Part shown: one piece after another, positions 36,667 through 44,691 of the stretch
Numbering within the stretch: position 1 is the stretch's first letter
Layout: each line of letters starts with the position of its first letter
Sequence record: DRR723986_619
Reading direction: 5' to 3' (one strand)
Length of the DNA stretch: 44,691 bases
Notes under the pieces: model-generated
Databases searched by the model: none
What the model saw: only the letters and a program-made list of their open reading frames with translations
Told to the model about the DNA's origin: nothing
Program-made: the position numbers and the translations under genes

Positions 36667-38040
36667 TCAAACCGCGGCAGAATGCCGGGCCTTGCCACTT
36701 GCCTGGCTCGCCGCCAGATAGGCGTCAAAGGCGGCGGCTGCGAGACGTACGTAGGGCCGTCCGGCCTCAGTCACTTCAACCCTGGCAGTTTCATTGCCCA
36801 CTTCCAGACGGACCAGGCCGTCGGCGGCCAGGTCCTGCAAGGCATCGAAGGCATCGTTCAAGTGACTTGTCGGCAGGCCGAAAGCACGGCAGGCCGGTAC
36901 GAGATCGCAGGCATAGTTGGTCATCAGCTCTTCGATGATCCGTGCCCGCAAACGGTCGTCGGCAGAAAGCGCCAAGCCCTTGGATACGGGCAATTCGCTC
37001 GCCATGATTGCCCGGCGCCAGTTGCCGACATCAGACATGTTCTGAACATAGCCGGCAGACAGACGTCCGATGGAGGAGACGCCGAAGCCAACGAGTTGTT
37101 CGCCCTGGTCCGTCGTATAGCCCTGGAAATTGCGCTTCAAGGAGCCGTCCGAAAGGGCGATGGCCATGCTGTCGTCCGGCCGGGCAAAATGATCTAGTCC
37201 GATGGCGACATAACCGGCCTTGAGCAGCTCCGCGCGGGCGAGGTCCGCAAGGGCTAGCCGTTCGGCGGCGTTCGGCAAGGTGCTTTCGTCAATCAGGCGC
37301 TGGTGCTTGCGCATCCAGGGCACATGGGCATAGCCGAACAGGGCAATGCGCCCGGGCGCCAGCGAGAGCGTCTTTTCCACCGTATCAAGTATCGTCTCCG
37401 GCGACTGGCCGGGCAATCCATACATCAGGTCGAAATTGAGCGCGGTGACACCGGCTGCTGTCAGAAACTCTACGGCCTGTTTGACGACCCTGTAGGGCTG
37501 AAGACGGCCTATGGCCTTTTGAACGTCGGGATCAAAGTCCTGAACGCCAAGGCTGGCACGGTTCACTCCGATGATGGCCAGTGTCTCGGCGAGCTGTTCC
37601 GTAACAAGCCTCGGATCGAGTTCGATGGCATGTTCCAGGTCCGGTGCAAGGTCGAAATTGACACGCATCAGGCCGGTGAGGTCGATCAGGCTCTGCCGTG
37701 GCAGAAGGCTGGGTGTGCCGCCGCCCCAGTGAATGTGCCGGACAGGACCGGCATTCGGCATGTGCCCGGCAACCAGATTGATTTCCTGGCCGAGTGTCGC
37801 TGCATAGGCCTTGAGCGGCGCATCCTGACGGGTCGCCTTGGTATGGCAGCCGCAATAATGGCAGAGCTCACGGCAATAGGGGACATGCAGGTACAGCGAA
37901 AGCGAGTCCTGCGGCGAAAGCGCCTTGAGCCAGTCCGCATAAACGCCGGCCGTTACGCCGTCATGAAAATGCGGTGCTGTCGGATAACTTGTATAGCGCG
38001 GTACGTTGCGCATGGCGTAGGAGAGCGGATCTTTCATCAT
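36667..38040 (-). CDS. hemN: Oxygen-independent coproporphyrinogen III oxidase (radical SAM)
   Basis: VPRYTSYPTAPHF, PYCRELCHYCGC (CxxxCxxC), GGGTPS, GLDHFA and RNFQGYT. Start ATG 38040 or 38037, not 38154, which lies beyond the FNR box. Confidence 0.95.
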   Translation of the reverse strand: MMKDPLSYAMRNVPRYTSYPTAPHFHDGVTAGVYADWLKALSPQDSLSLYLHVPYCRELCHYCGCHTKATRQDAPLKAYAATLGQEINLVAGHMPNAGPVRHIHWGGGTPSLLPRQSLIDLTGLMRVNFDLAPDLEHAIELDPRLVTEQLAETLAIIGVNRASLGVQDFDPDVQKAIGRLQPYRVVKQAVEFLTAAGVTALNFDLMYGLPGQSPETILDTVEKTLSLAPGRIALFGYAHVPWMRKHQRLIDESTLPNAAERLALADLARAELLKAGYVAIGLDHFARPDDSMAIALSDGSLKRNFQGYTTDQGEQLVGFGVSSIGRLSAGYVQNMSDVGNWRRAIMASELPVSKGLALSADDRLRARIIEELMTNYACDLVPACRAFGLPTSHLNDAFDALQDLAADGLVRLEVGNETARVEVTEAGRPYVRLAAAAFDAYLAASQASGKARHSAAV

Positions 38041-38074
38041 GTGTCGATCTATCCGCCCTTCGCCCGGTCGTGCC

Positions 38075-38088
38075 TTGATATCGCTCAA
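38075..38088. promoter_or_regulatory. FNR/FixK box between hemN and the GST gene
   Basis: TTGAT-ATCG-CTCAA, 9/10 match to TTGAT-N4-ATCAA. Confidence 0.85.
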
Positions 38089-38117
38089 GTCCAGCCATTT
38101 GAAAGACACGCAATTCG

Positions 38118-38879
38118 ATGGAGAGCTTTGGGGTGACCGATTTGCTTGTCGCAACTGAACCGACCCGGAGACCTGAGGGTCTGGATCGCTATCGCCTGCA
38201 CGGTTCGCCTGACAGCGCCAATTTCATTGTCAGGATGATACTGGAAGAACTGGGCCTGCCCTATGACTACGTGGCTGTTGACAGGTTGATCTCCGAACAG
38301 AATTCGGAAGCATTTCGGCGGCTCAATCCCCAAGGTTTGATCCCGGTTCTGGAAGTGCCGGGTCAGGATGCCCCCATGTTCGAAACCGCCGCGATCGCCC
38401 TGCATCTGGCAGATGCGCACGGCTGTCTGACCCCGGAGCCGGGCTCTCCACAGCGCGGCCGATTTCTGAAATGGCTGTTTTTTCTCTCAAACACCCTGCA
38501 TTCCGATCTTCGGATCTCCTTCAAGCCGGAAAGATATGTTCGCGAACCGGAGACGGCCTTGAGCCTTCACGCTGGGCTGACACGCCGGATTGCCGGCAGT
38601 TTCGCGCATCTGGAAACTGAACTTGCAACTTGGAACGGACCATTTCTCCTGGGGCAGGACCTCTCCATCCTCGACCACTATCTTGCTGCCTGTGCCAGGT
38701 GGGCGCAGATCTATCGTAATGAGGGCAAGTGGTCCCTGGCGGCGACGCCGCACCTGCGCGCCCTGTGCGAACGGCTGGAAATGCGCCCGGCGATACACAG
38801 GGCCTGTGAACTGGAAGGAATTGAGGGTAAACCTTTCACGGAGCCCCGTCCTGTAAAGTTGCCGGGGACAACCGCCTGA
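38118..38879 (+). CDS. Glutathione S-transferase family protein
   Basis: YRLHGSPDSA, FRRLNPQGLIPVL, ETAAIALHL and PFLLG..LSILD. Start may be GTG 38133. Confidence 0.9.
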   Translation: MESFGVTDLLVATEPTRRPEGLDRYRLHGSPDSANFIVRMILEELGLPYDYVAVDRLISEQNSEAFRRLNPQGLIPVLEVPGQDAPMFETAAIALHLADAHGCLTPEPGSPQRGRFLKWLFFLSNTLHSDLRISFKPERYVREPETALSLHAGLTRRIAGSFAHLETELATWNGPFLLGQDLSILDHYLAACARWAQIYRNEGKWSLAATPHLRALCERLEMRPAIHRACELEGIEGKPFTEPRPVKLPGTTA

Positions 38880-38979
38880 TAAAATACAGGCCGTACATGT
38901 TGATCCATGCAATCAACCATGCGCTGGCCGATCAATCCATTTATAGCTCAAGGAGCCATTCCAAGCTCAACGGTTCCCG

Positions 38980-40029
38980 ATGCCTGCCAATTCGTTTCAA
39001 TCTGCCGCCGGAAGACTTGCGGTCACACTTCTCATTGCCGCTGCCGGAGGAGCAACATTCAACCTGTTCGGGCTTCCCGCGGCCTGGCTGTCGGGCGCCA
39101 TGGTCTTCGTTGCCATCGCAACGCTTGCGCAAGTGCCGACGCTCATGCCGGTCCCGCTGCGAGATGCGCTCTTCGTCATGATCGGCATCTCCATGGGGGC
39201 GGGTGTCCATCCCGATATCGTTGACCGGGTGGCGGAGTGGCCGGTGTCCATGGCCATGCTGATCGCTGTCATGGTGGCCGTTACGTTCGCGGGCTACGCG
39301 GTTCTGCACTACGGGGCAAAATGGTCCAGGGAAACGGCCTATTTCGGCGCCATTCCCGGTGCACTTTCCTATGTCATAGCTCTTGCCACCGAACGAGGAG
39401 CGGACCTTCCCCGCATCGCTTCCAGCCAGTCCTTGCGTCTGTTCGTTCTGGTGGCGGTGCTGCCTTTCGCCGTTGTGTCCTCCGCAGAACCGGCGGGCGG
39501 CGGCAGCGGCACGATTTATGTCTCCGGTCTCAAGGACTTCCTGATCGGGATACCGCTCTGCCTCGCGGCAAGCTGGCTTGCCATCAAGGCCAGAGTTCCA
39601 GGTGGCGGTCTGACAGGGGCGTTTTTCATGAGTGCCGGCCTCAATGCATCCGGTCTCTTGGTCCTTGTCCTGCCGGGTTACATCGTGCTGCCGTGTTTTG
39701 TCATGATGGGCGCTCACATCGGTTGCCGCTTTGCCTCCATGACACTGCGCCAGTTTCTCAGCGTGCTCGGCGCATCCATGGCCGCCTTTGCGGCGGCGTT
39801 CCTGACCTCGCTTGCCGGGGCGTGGATCGTTGCCGAACTGGTCGACATTCCCTTTGGCCAGGCCCTGCTTGCCTATGCGCCGGGCGGACTTGAGGTGATG
39901 ACGCTGCTCGCATTCATGCTGGATCTCGACCCCGCCTTTGTGGCTGCGCACCAGATCGCCCGCTTTACCGGAATGGTCCTGCTGCTGCCTTTCATCACCG
40001 GACTTGTTCTGGGGCGTCGAAGCAACTGA
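38980..40029 (+). CDS. AbrB-family duplicated membrane protein
   Basis: LPAAWLSGAM, TAYFGAIPGALS, SSQSLR, AYAPGGLEVM and FVAAHQIAR internal duplication; AAGGAG RBS. Confidence 0.88.
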   Translation: MPANSFQSAAGRLAVTLLIAAAGGATFNLFGLPAAWLSGAMVFVAIATLAQVPTLMPVPLRDALFVMIGISMGAGVHPDIVDRVAEWPVSMAMLIAVMVAVTFAGYAVLHYGAKWSRETAYFGAIPGALSYVIALATERGADLPRIASSQSLRLFVLVAVLPFAVVSSAEPAGGGSGTIYVSGLKDFLIGIPLCLAASWLAIKARVPGGGLTGAFFMSAGLNASGLLVLVLPGYIVLPCFVMMGAHIGCRFASMTLRQFLSVLGASMAAFAAAFLTSLAGAWIVAELVDIPFGQALLAYAPGGLEVMTLLAFMLDLDPAFVAAHQIARFTGMVLLLPFITGLVLGRRSN

Positions 40030-40092
40030 TTCTGCTTGGCGGTCCTGAGTGCGGAACAAAGAACCGCCGATCTGCAGGTTGAGTGACGCTTC

Positions 40093-41415
40093 TCAAGGGT
40101 GGATGAAGTGGAGCGTGTTGAAACTCTGGCGCCATTTGGCCACGCGTCCTGCCATCGCTGACGGATCGTTCGATCGCAGCGCTTCGGCTATCATTTTTGC
40201 CAGCTCTGGCATGTCGACCGTCGTCATGCCCCAACGGACCAGTTCCGGTGTTCCGAACCTCAGGCCGTTCATGTCACCGGCGACGGGCGATATCGGCAGT
40301 CCGATTCCGCACGCCAGAAACCCTGCCTGGCGAAGCTTCTTCGAAGCTGCCTGACCGCCGCCGAGGGCTGCCGCTTCCAGGGCAAACTGATGTGAAGCGG
40401 TTGTCCCATTGGCGGTAGAGAACACCGGCATTCCCTCTGCTTCGAGACCAGCGGCGAGCGCACCGGCGCTGGCGGCCATTTCGGCAGCGTAGGCCTTGCC
40501 GAAATCGCGCCAATCCAGAAGGGTGATGGCGAGCGCGGCAGACTTTGCAACGTCAAAGTTGGCTGTCAGCCCTGGAAAGGCAATCTTGTCGAGCTTGCGG
40601 GCAAGATCCTGATCATTGCTGACGATCAGCCCGCCAGCGGGACCACCCAGGCTCTTGTAAGTGCTCATGGTCATGAGATGTGCGCCTTCCGACAGCGGAT
40701 CGGAAAAGACGCCACCGGCAATCATGCCGCACTGATGGGCTGCATCGAACAGGACAAAGGCGCCGACTTCATCGGCGATGGCCCGAATTTCTTTCACCGG
40801 GTGCGGGAACAGGTTGAGGCTCATGCCGATGGTAATCAGCTTCGGCCGAACCTTCAGGGCCAGGGCGCGCAGACCTTCCAGATCGATCGTGTAGCCGTCG
40901 GCATCGACCGGTGCTTCGTGGATATCCAGGCCATAAAGACCGGCACAGCCCGCCGCATGGTGAGTGACGTGGCCACCGACGGACGCAGGCGGCGCGATGA
41001 TGGCGTCGCCCGGCTTTGTGGTTGCCATGAATGCATAAAGATTTGCCAGCGCGCCCGAGGCGACCCGGATTTCCGCATAAGCCGACTGGAAGATTTCGCA
41101 GGCAAGGTTCGCTGCAATCACCTCGATTTCCTCGATGGCTTCGAGGCCCATCTCATATTTGTCACCCGGGTAGCCGAGCGAGGGACGGGACCCCATGCCG
41201 CTCGCCAGCAAGGCTTCGGCGCGCGGATTCATCACGTTGGTCGCGGGGTTGAGATTGAAGCAGTCTTTCTCGTGGATGGTCCTGTTGGCCTCGGCCAGCG
41301 CTTCGATGCGCGCGGCAATTGCTTCGGATCCGAGAGGCGAAGTTGCCTGGGTGATCTCGTCGATACGGGTGGCAGCCACAGCGGGGAGCCAGGGGCATTT
41401 GTCTTGCGCGGTCAT
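40093..41415 (-). CDS. SHMT-fold PLP enzyme with non-canonical motifs (divergent glyA-like; possible aldolase)
   Basis: LNPATN, GYPGDKY, SGALAN, GGHVTH, DAAH, STYKSLGGPAGG (PLP Lys) and GLRFGTP. Confidence 0.85.
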   Translation of the reverse strand: MTAQDKCPWLPAVAATRIDEITQATSPLGSEAIAARIEALAEANRTIHEKDCFNLNPATNVMNPRAEALLASGMGSRPSLGYPGDKYEMGLEAIEEIEVIAANLACEIFQSAYAEIRVASGALANLYAFMATTKPGDAIIAPPASVGGHVTHHAAGCAGLYGLDIHEAPVDADGYTIDLEGLRALALKVRPKLITIGMSLNLFPHPVKEIRAIADEVGAFVLFDAAHQCGMIAGGVFSDPLSEGAHLMTMSTYKSLGGPAGGLIVSNDQDLARKLDKIAFPGLTANFDVAKSAALAITLLDWRDFGKAYAAEMAASAGALAAGLEAEGMPVFSTANGTTASHQFALEAAALGGGQAASKKLRQAGFLACGIGLPISPVAGDMNGLRFGTPELVRWGMTTVDMPELAKMIAEALRSNDPSAMAGRVAKWRQSFNTLHFIHP

Positions 41416-41470
41416 GTCGGAACTCCGGTTCTATTTGGACAAAGTGTCCATCTCCGCTTGTGTTTGCGCA

Positions 41471-41507
41471 AATCAGATTTTAGAAATTCAAGGGCTAGAA
41501 AAAATAG
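41471..41507. promoter_or_regulatory. Candidate LysR operator in the divergent promoter
   Basis: AT-rich tract with TCAGATTTTAGAA (T-N11-A) and CTA-gaaaaaa-TAG, 22 bp apart. Confidence 0.45.
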
Positions 41508-41516
41508 GTCTTGCAG

Positions 41517-42398
41517 ATGTCGGTAGCTCCTCCCGTCCCCAGACTGCCTTCGCTGAACGCATTGAGAGCGTTCGAAGCGTCCGCGCGCCTCGGTGGGTTT
41601 GCACAGGCTGCAGCGGAACTGCAGGTTACACCCGGAGCCGTGGCAGCGCAGATCAAGGCGCTGGAGCAGGAGATCGGCGCGACCCTGTTCGTGCGGCATG
41701 CCAAGGGGGTCCGCCTGACGGCCACAGGTCAGAGGGCACTGCCGGGTTTTGTCGCCGCATTCGACCAGCTTGGAACTGCGGTGCGCGACCTGAGGCGAGA
41801 TGCTGCACCCGGCAGGATACACATCGCGGCCCTGCCGGCGCTGGCGCAGCTTTGGCTGGCCCCCAGACTGCCGCAGCTACGCGAGAAGTTGCCGGAGATC
41901 GACATTTCGGTCACAGCCCTTGAAACACCGCCGAACCTGAAGCGGGTGCCATTCGATCTCTGCCTGTTCTACTGCGACAGCGTTCCGGACAACGGGATCG
42001 GGTTTTCGGGAGACGAATTGCTGCCGGTCTGCACACCGGCGCTTGCAAAGGCGCTCAAGCAGCCTGGTGATCTGAAAGAGGCGGTTTGTCTGACGGACAC
42101 GGCCTGGGCAGACGATTGGCGGATATGGGCGGATGAAGCTATGCCGGGCGAGGGGTTTGCGCCACGCGGACCTGTCTTCTCGCTTTATGCTCTCGCGGTC
42201 GAAGAAGCACTGAACGGCGCAGGCGTTCTGATGGCGCATCGCTCACTTGTCGCAGATCAGCTTGCTGCCGGCACCCTGGTGGCGCCTCTTGCAGCAGTTG
42301 TCCCGCTACAGCGTCAGATCTGCCTGTGGACCCTTCCGGCAAGCCGGGGCAAAGGTGCGGCCGGTCAGGTGCTGCAGGCCTTGCGTCAGATGGGCTAG
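41517..42398 (+). CDS. LysR-family regulator, GcvA-like
   Basis: LPSLNALRAFEASARLGGFAQAAAELQVTPGAVAAQIKALE HTH and WLAPRL; divergent from the SHMT-like gene. ATG 41517 preferred. Confidence 0.92.
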   Translation: MSVAPPVPRLPSLNALRAFEASARLGGFAQAAAELQVTPGAVAAQIKALEQEIGATLFVRHAKGVRLTATGQRALPGFVAAFDQLGTAVRDLRRDAAPGRIHIAALPALAQLWLAPRLPQLREKLPEIDISVTALETPPNLKRVPFDLCLFYCDSVPDNGIGFSGDELLPVCTPALAKALKQPGDLKEAVCLTDTAWADDWRIWADEAMPGEGFAPRGPVFSLYALAVEEALNGAGVLMAHRSLVADQLAAGTLVAPLAAVVPLQRQICLWTLPASRGKGAAGQVLQALRQMG

Positions 42399-42421
42399 GT
42401 GCCTGAAAGGCTGTTCCTGTT

Positions 42422-43327
42422 TCAAGTGCGCCGGGTCTTCGCCTTGTTGCCGCGCCACAGGATGAACAGTCCCGATCCGACGATGACGGTGCAGCCAACC
42501 AGCATCTGCGCGTCGATCCGCTCGTCGAACCAGACGGCACCGAGCAGGACGCCGAACAGCAGCCGCGAATAGCGGAACGGTGTGACGGTAGCGATTTCTC
42601 CGGTGCGCATGGCCTTCATCAGGGCGCTATAGGCAAAGACACCACAGAAGACTGCGGTTCCAAGGGCGAGAAGGGCGGTTGTGTCAGGCACCACGAAGGC
42701 GGACCTGTCCCAAAGACCATAGACAAGACCGGCGATTATGATCGTCAGGAAACCGTAGAACCCGAGGATATTGGTGCTGAGGGTCGCCGGCGCAGCGCGG
42801 CTGGCAAGGTCGCGGCCGGAGAAGCCAAGCATGCCGATGACGGCCAGGACCGAAAGCAAAGAAAAGCTGTCGCTGGTCGGTCGGAGCACGATCAGGACGC
42901 CCACAAGGCCGATAAAGATTGCTGTCCACCTGCGCCACCCGACCTTTTCGCCAAAGAACAGGGAAGCGCCCAGCACAACGAATATCGGTGTTGCCTGGAG
43001 AATGGCAGTGGTCGAGGAGAGCGGCGTCAGGGCCAACGCCAGAACATAGAACAACCGGCCGACCAGTTCGAAGGCGAAGCGAACTCGCATGACAGGCGAG
43101 AAAACGTCCCGGTTGAGAACTTTCTCGCCCGTGACAGTGGCAAGTCCGAAGAAGGCAATGGTTCCACCGACGCCGAACAGCACCAGGATTTCCGCCACGG
43201 GCAACTGTGCCGCAGCCTGCTTCACGAAGGCATCTTCCAATGCGAAGGCGGCCATCGCAGCCACCATCCAGAGGCTGCCGATGATATTGGGATGGAGGCT
43301 TGCGCCATTTTGAGATGCAGCGTTCAA
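42422..43327 (-). CDS. DMT/EamA-family transporter
   Basis: About ten TM helices, FFGEKVGWRRW, IVLRP and VTPFRYSRL motifs. Start codon uncertain. Confidence 0.9.
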   Translation of the reverse strand: MNAASQNGASLHPNIIGSLWMVAAMAAFALEDAFVKQAAAQLPVAEILVLFGVGGTIAFFGLATVTGEKVLNRDVFSPVMRVRFAFELVGRLFYVLALALTPLSSTTAILQATPIFVVLGASLFFGEKVGWRRWTAIFIGLVGVLIVLRPTSDSFSLLSVLAVIGMLGFSGRDLASRAAPATLSTNILGFYGFLTIIIAGLVYGLWDRSAFVVPDTTALLALGTAVFCGVFAYSALMKAMRTGEIATVTPFRYSRLLFGVLLGAVWFDERIDAQMLVGCTVIVGSGLFILWRGNKAKTRRT

Positions 43328-43628
43328 GGGAGGGGTCCCGTGTCGAGGTGGAAGGTCGTCAGCGGCAGATCAGGGCCATCGGACGCGCCAGAAAGCATCG
43401 CCCTTCAGCGGAGGGAAGAACGGCGTAACACGCTTCCCGGTCCTTGGCTTCGGAAAACCGCAAGACCGGCGGATGAGCAAGGGTGCCAAGACATTGCCGC
43501 AAACCGGCCTACCTCCTTCAGGCCGGCGTCACATCCCTTTCACGGCGTGCCTTCATCTTGCCCGCGACAATTTACGCAATGCAATCTGACCTTTGGAGGC
43601 TGTTCCGACATCGCCAATTGCTGGCATG

Positions 43629-43642
43629 TTGATATGAATCAA
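43629..43642 (+). promoter_or_regulatory. Perfect FNR/FixK box upstream of ccoN
   Basis: TTGAT-ATGA-ATCAA; a possible -10 CATGGT at 43666-43671 fits class II (-41.5) geometry. Confidence 0.92.
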
Positions 43643-43719
43643 CGCGGCATTTTCAGAGTCGTGTGCATGGTCGTGCCATCGTTGGCACCTTGTAACGATT
43701 TCAAGACTGGGGCGCTAAA

Positions 43720-44691
43720 ATGGCACAAAACAAGGCCAAAATGATCTCGCTCGAGGAAGGCGGCTTCGCCATCTTCCTTGTGCTGCTTGCGTTTGCCTGC
43801 ATCATCGTGGCAGGCAAGACATTCGATCAGGTCATGGCATTCCACGCTGGCATAGGCGCATTGTTCGCCGCCGTCAGCGTGTTTCTGATTTTCAAGAACT
43901 ACTTCGATGACGGCGGGGAAGTGATTCCGGCCGAAATCGACGGCAAACCAAACTACAACATCGGACCGATCAAATTCGGTGCGGTCGCGGCAATGTTCTG
44001 GGGCATCGCCGGTTTCACGGTCGGTTTGATCATCGCTCTTCAGCTGGCCTGGCCTGCGCTGAACTTTGATTTGCCGTGGACCAATTTCGGGCGCCTGCGT
44101 CCGCTGCACACCTCCGCGGTGATTTTCGCCTTCGGCGGCAACGTGCTGCTGGCAACGTCCATGTATGTGGTCCAGCGCACCTGCCGTGTGCGCATGCCCG
44201 GCAAGGTCCTGCCCTGGTTCGTGATCCTGGGTTACAACGCCTTCATCGTGATCGCGGGAACGGGTTATTTGCTCGGCGCGACACAGAGCAAGGAATATGC
44301 CGAGCCGGAATGGTATGCCGACCTGTGGCTGACCATCGTCTGGGTGGCCTACCTGCTGTTGTTCCTGGGCACGCTCTGGAAGCGCAAGGAACCGCATATC
44401 TACGTGGCCAACTGGTTTTATCTGGCGTTCATCGTCACGATTGCCATGCTGCACATCACCAACAACCTGACCATTCCGGTCTCGATCTACTCGACCAAGT
44501 CCTACATCGTCTGGTCGGGCGTTCAGGACGCCATGGTGCAGTGGTGGTACGGCCATAACGCGGTGGGCTTCTTCCTGACCGCCGGCTTCCTTGCCATCAT
44601 GTACTATTTCATCCCGAAGCGCGCGGAGCGGCCGGTCTATTCCTACCGTCTTTCCATCGTGCACTTCTGGGCGCTGATCTTCATCTACATC
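43720..44691 (+). CDS. ccoN: cbb3-type cytochrome c oxidase subunit I (FixN/CcoN), 5' part; runs off the window edge
   Basis: Not in the ORF track. Manual translation gives [14 protein letters not shown]...[19 protein letters not shown]...SKEYAEPEW...HIYVANWFY...[14 protein letters not shown]...[11 protein letters not shown]. Confidence 0.97.
   Translation, partial: MAQNKAKMISLEEGGFAIFLVLLAFACIIVAGKTFDQVMAFHAGIGALFAAVSVFLIFKNYFDDGGEVIPAEIDGKPNYNIGPIKFGAVAAMFWGIAGFTVGLIIALQLAWPALNFDLPWTNFGRLRPLHTSAVIFAFGGNVLLATSMYVVQRTCRVRMPGKVLPWFVILGYNAFIVIAGTGYLLGATQSKEYAEPEWYADLWLTIVWVAYLLLFLGTLWKRKEPHIYVANWFYLAFIVTIAMLHITNNLTIPVSIYSTKSYIVWSGVQDAMVQWWYGHNAVGFFLTAGFLAIMYYFIPKRAERPVYSYRLSIVHFWALIFIYI

Noticed and set aside
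38899..38917. GTTGAT-N7-ATCAAC upstream of the AbrB gene as an FNR/FixK box
   Set aside because: A spacer of 7 bp does not fit FNR. It could be another regulator's site, but nothing here supports an assignment.
43328..43500. Known riboswitch (guanidine, SAM-II, glycine) upstream of the DMT transporter
   Set aside because: The region is structured, but I could not find the consensus motifs of these classes by eye; an Rfam scan would settle it.
1..44691. Mobile elements, CRISPR arrays, rRNA/tRNA genes, or an anti-phage role for the helicase-nuclease-ligase genes
   Set aside because: No transposase, integrase, spaced repeats or RNA-gene signatures were seen. The helicase, nucleases and ligase match the known housekeeping Lhr-core repair set.

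Overview
Ordinary-looking, GC-rich chromosomal segment of an alphaproteobacterium. Gene content and motifs suggest Hyphomicrobiales, possibly Roseibium/Labrenzia-like (inference). No rRNA, tRNA, CRISPR array, transposase or phage gene was seen. Left to right: a partial acyl-CoA dehydrogenase and a LiuR-type MerR regulator, each with an operator; podJ; a TauE/TIGR02186 pair; an AI-2E transporter; an AraC + ABM cassette; the four ligase-associated DNA-damage-response genes (pdeM, Lhr-core helicase, MBL exonuclease, ATP-dependent ligase) split over three units and interleaved with a secreted SH3/DUF4189-like gene, an NTF2-like gene, a secreted beta-helix gene and a DEAD-box helicase; a thioesterase; a CrbR/CrbS-like two-component pair flanking a PAS-GGDEF-EAL gene; an aminotransferase; a microoxic cluster (fixL-fixJ-fixT-like-fixK, hemN, partial ccoN) interrupted by GST, AbrB, a non-canonical SHMT-fold enzyme with its LysR, and a DMT transporter. 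The best leads are a triple alphaproteobacterial LexA box between lhr and the interposed secreted gene, an SHMT-fold enzyme that has lost canonical folate motifs, a cysteine-rich FixK, a probably leaderless hemN, and a hairpin whose loop is an SD/anti-SD ahead of an unannotated 47-codon ORF. All family calls come from motif recognition by eye; no searches were run.
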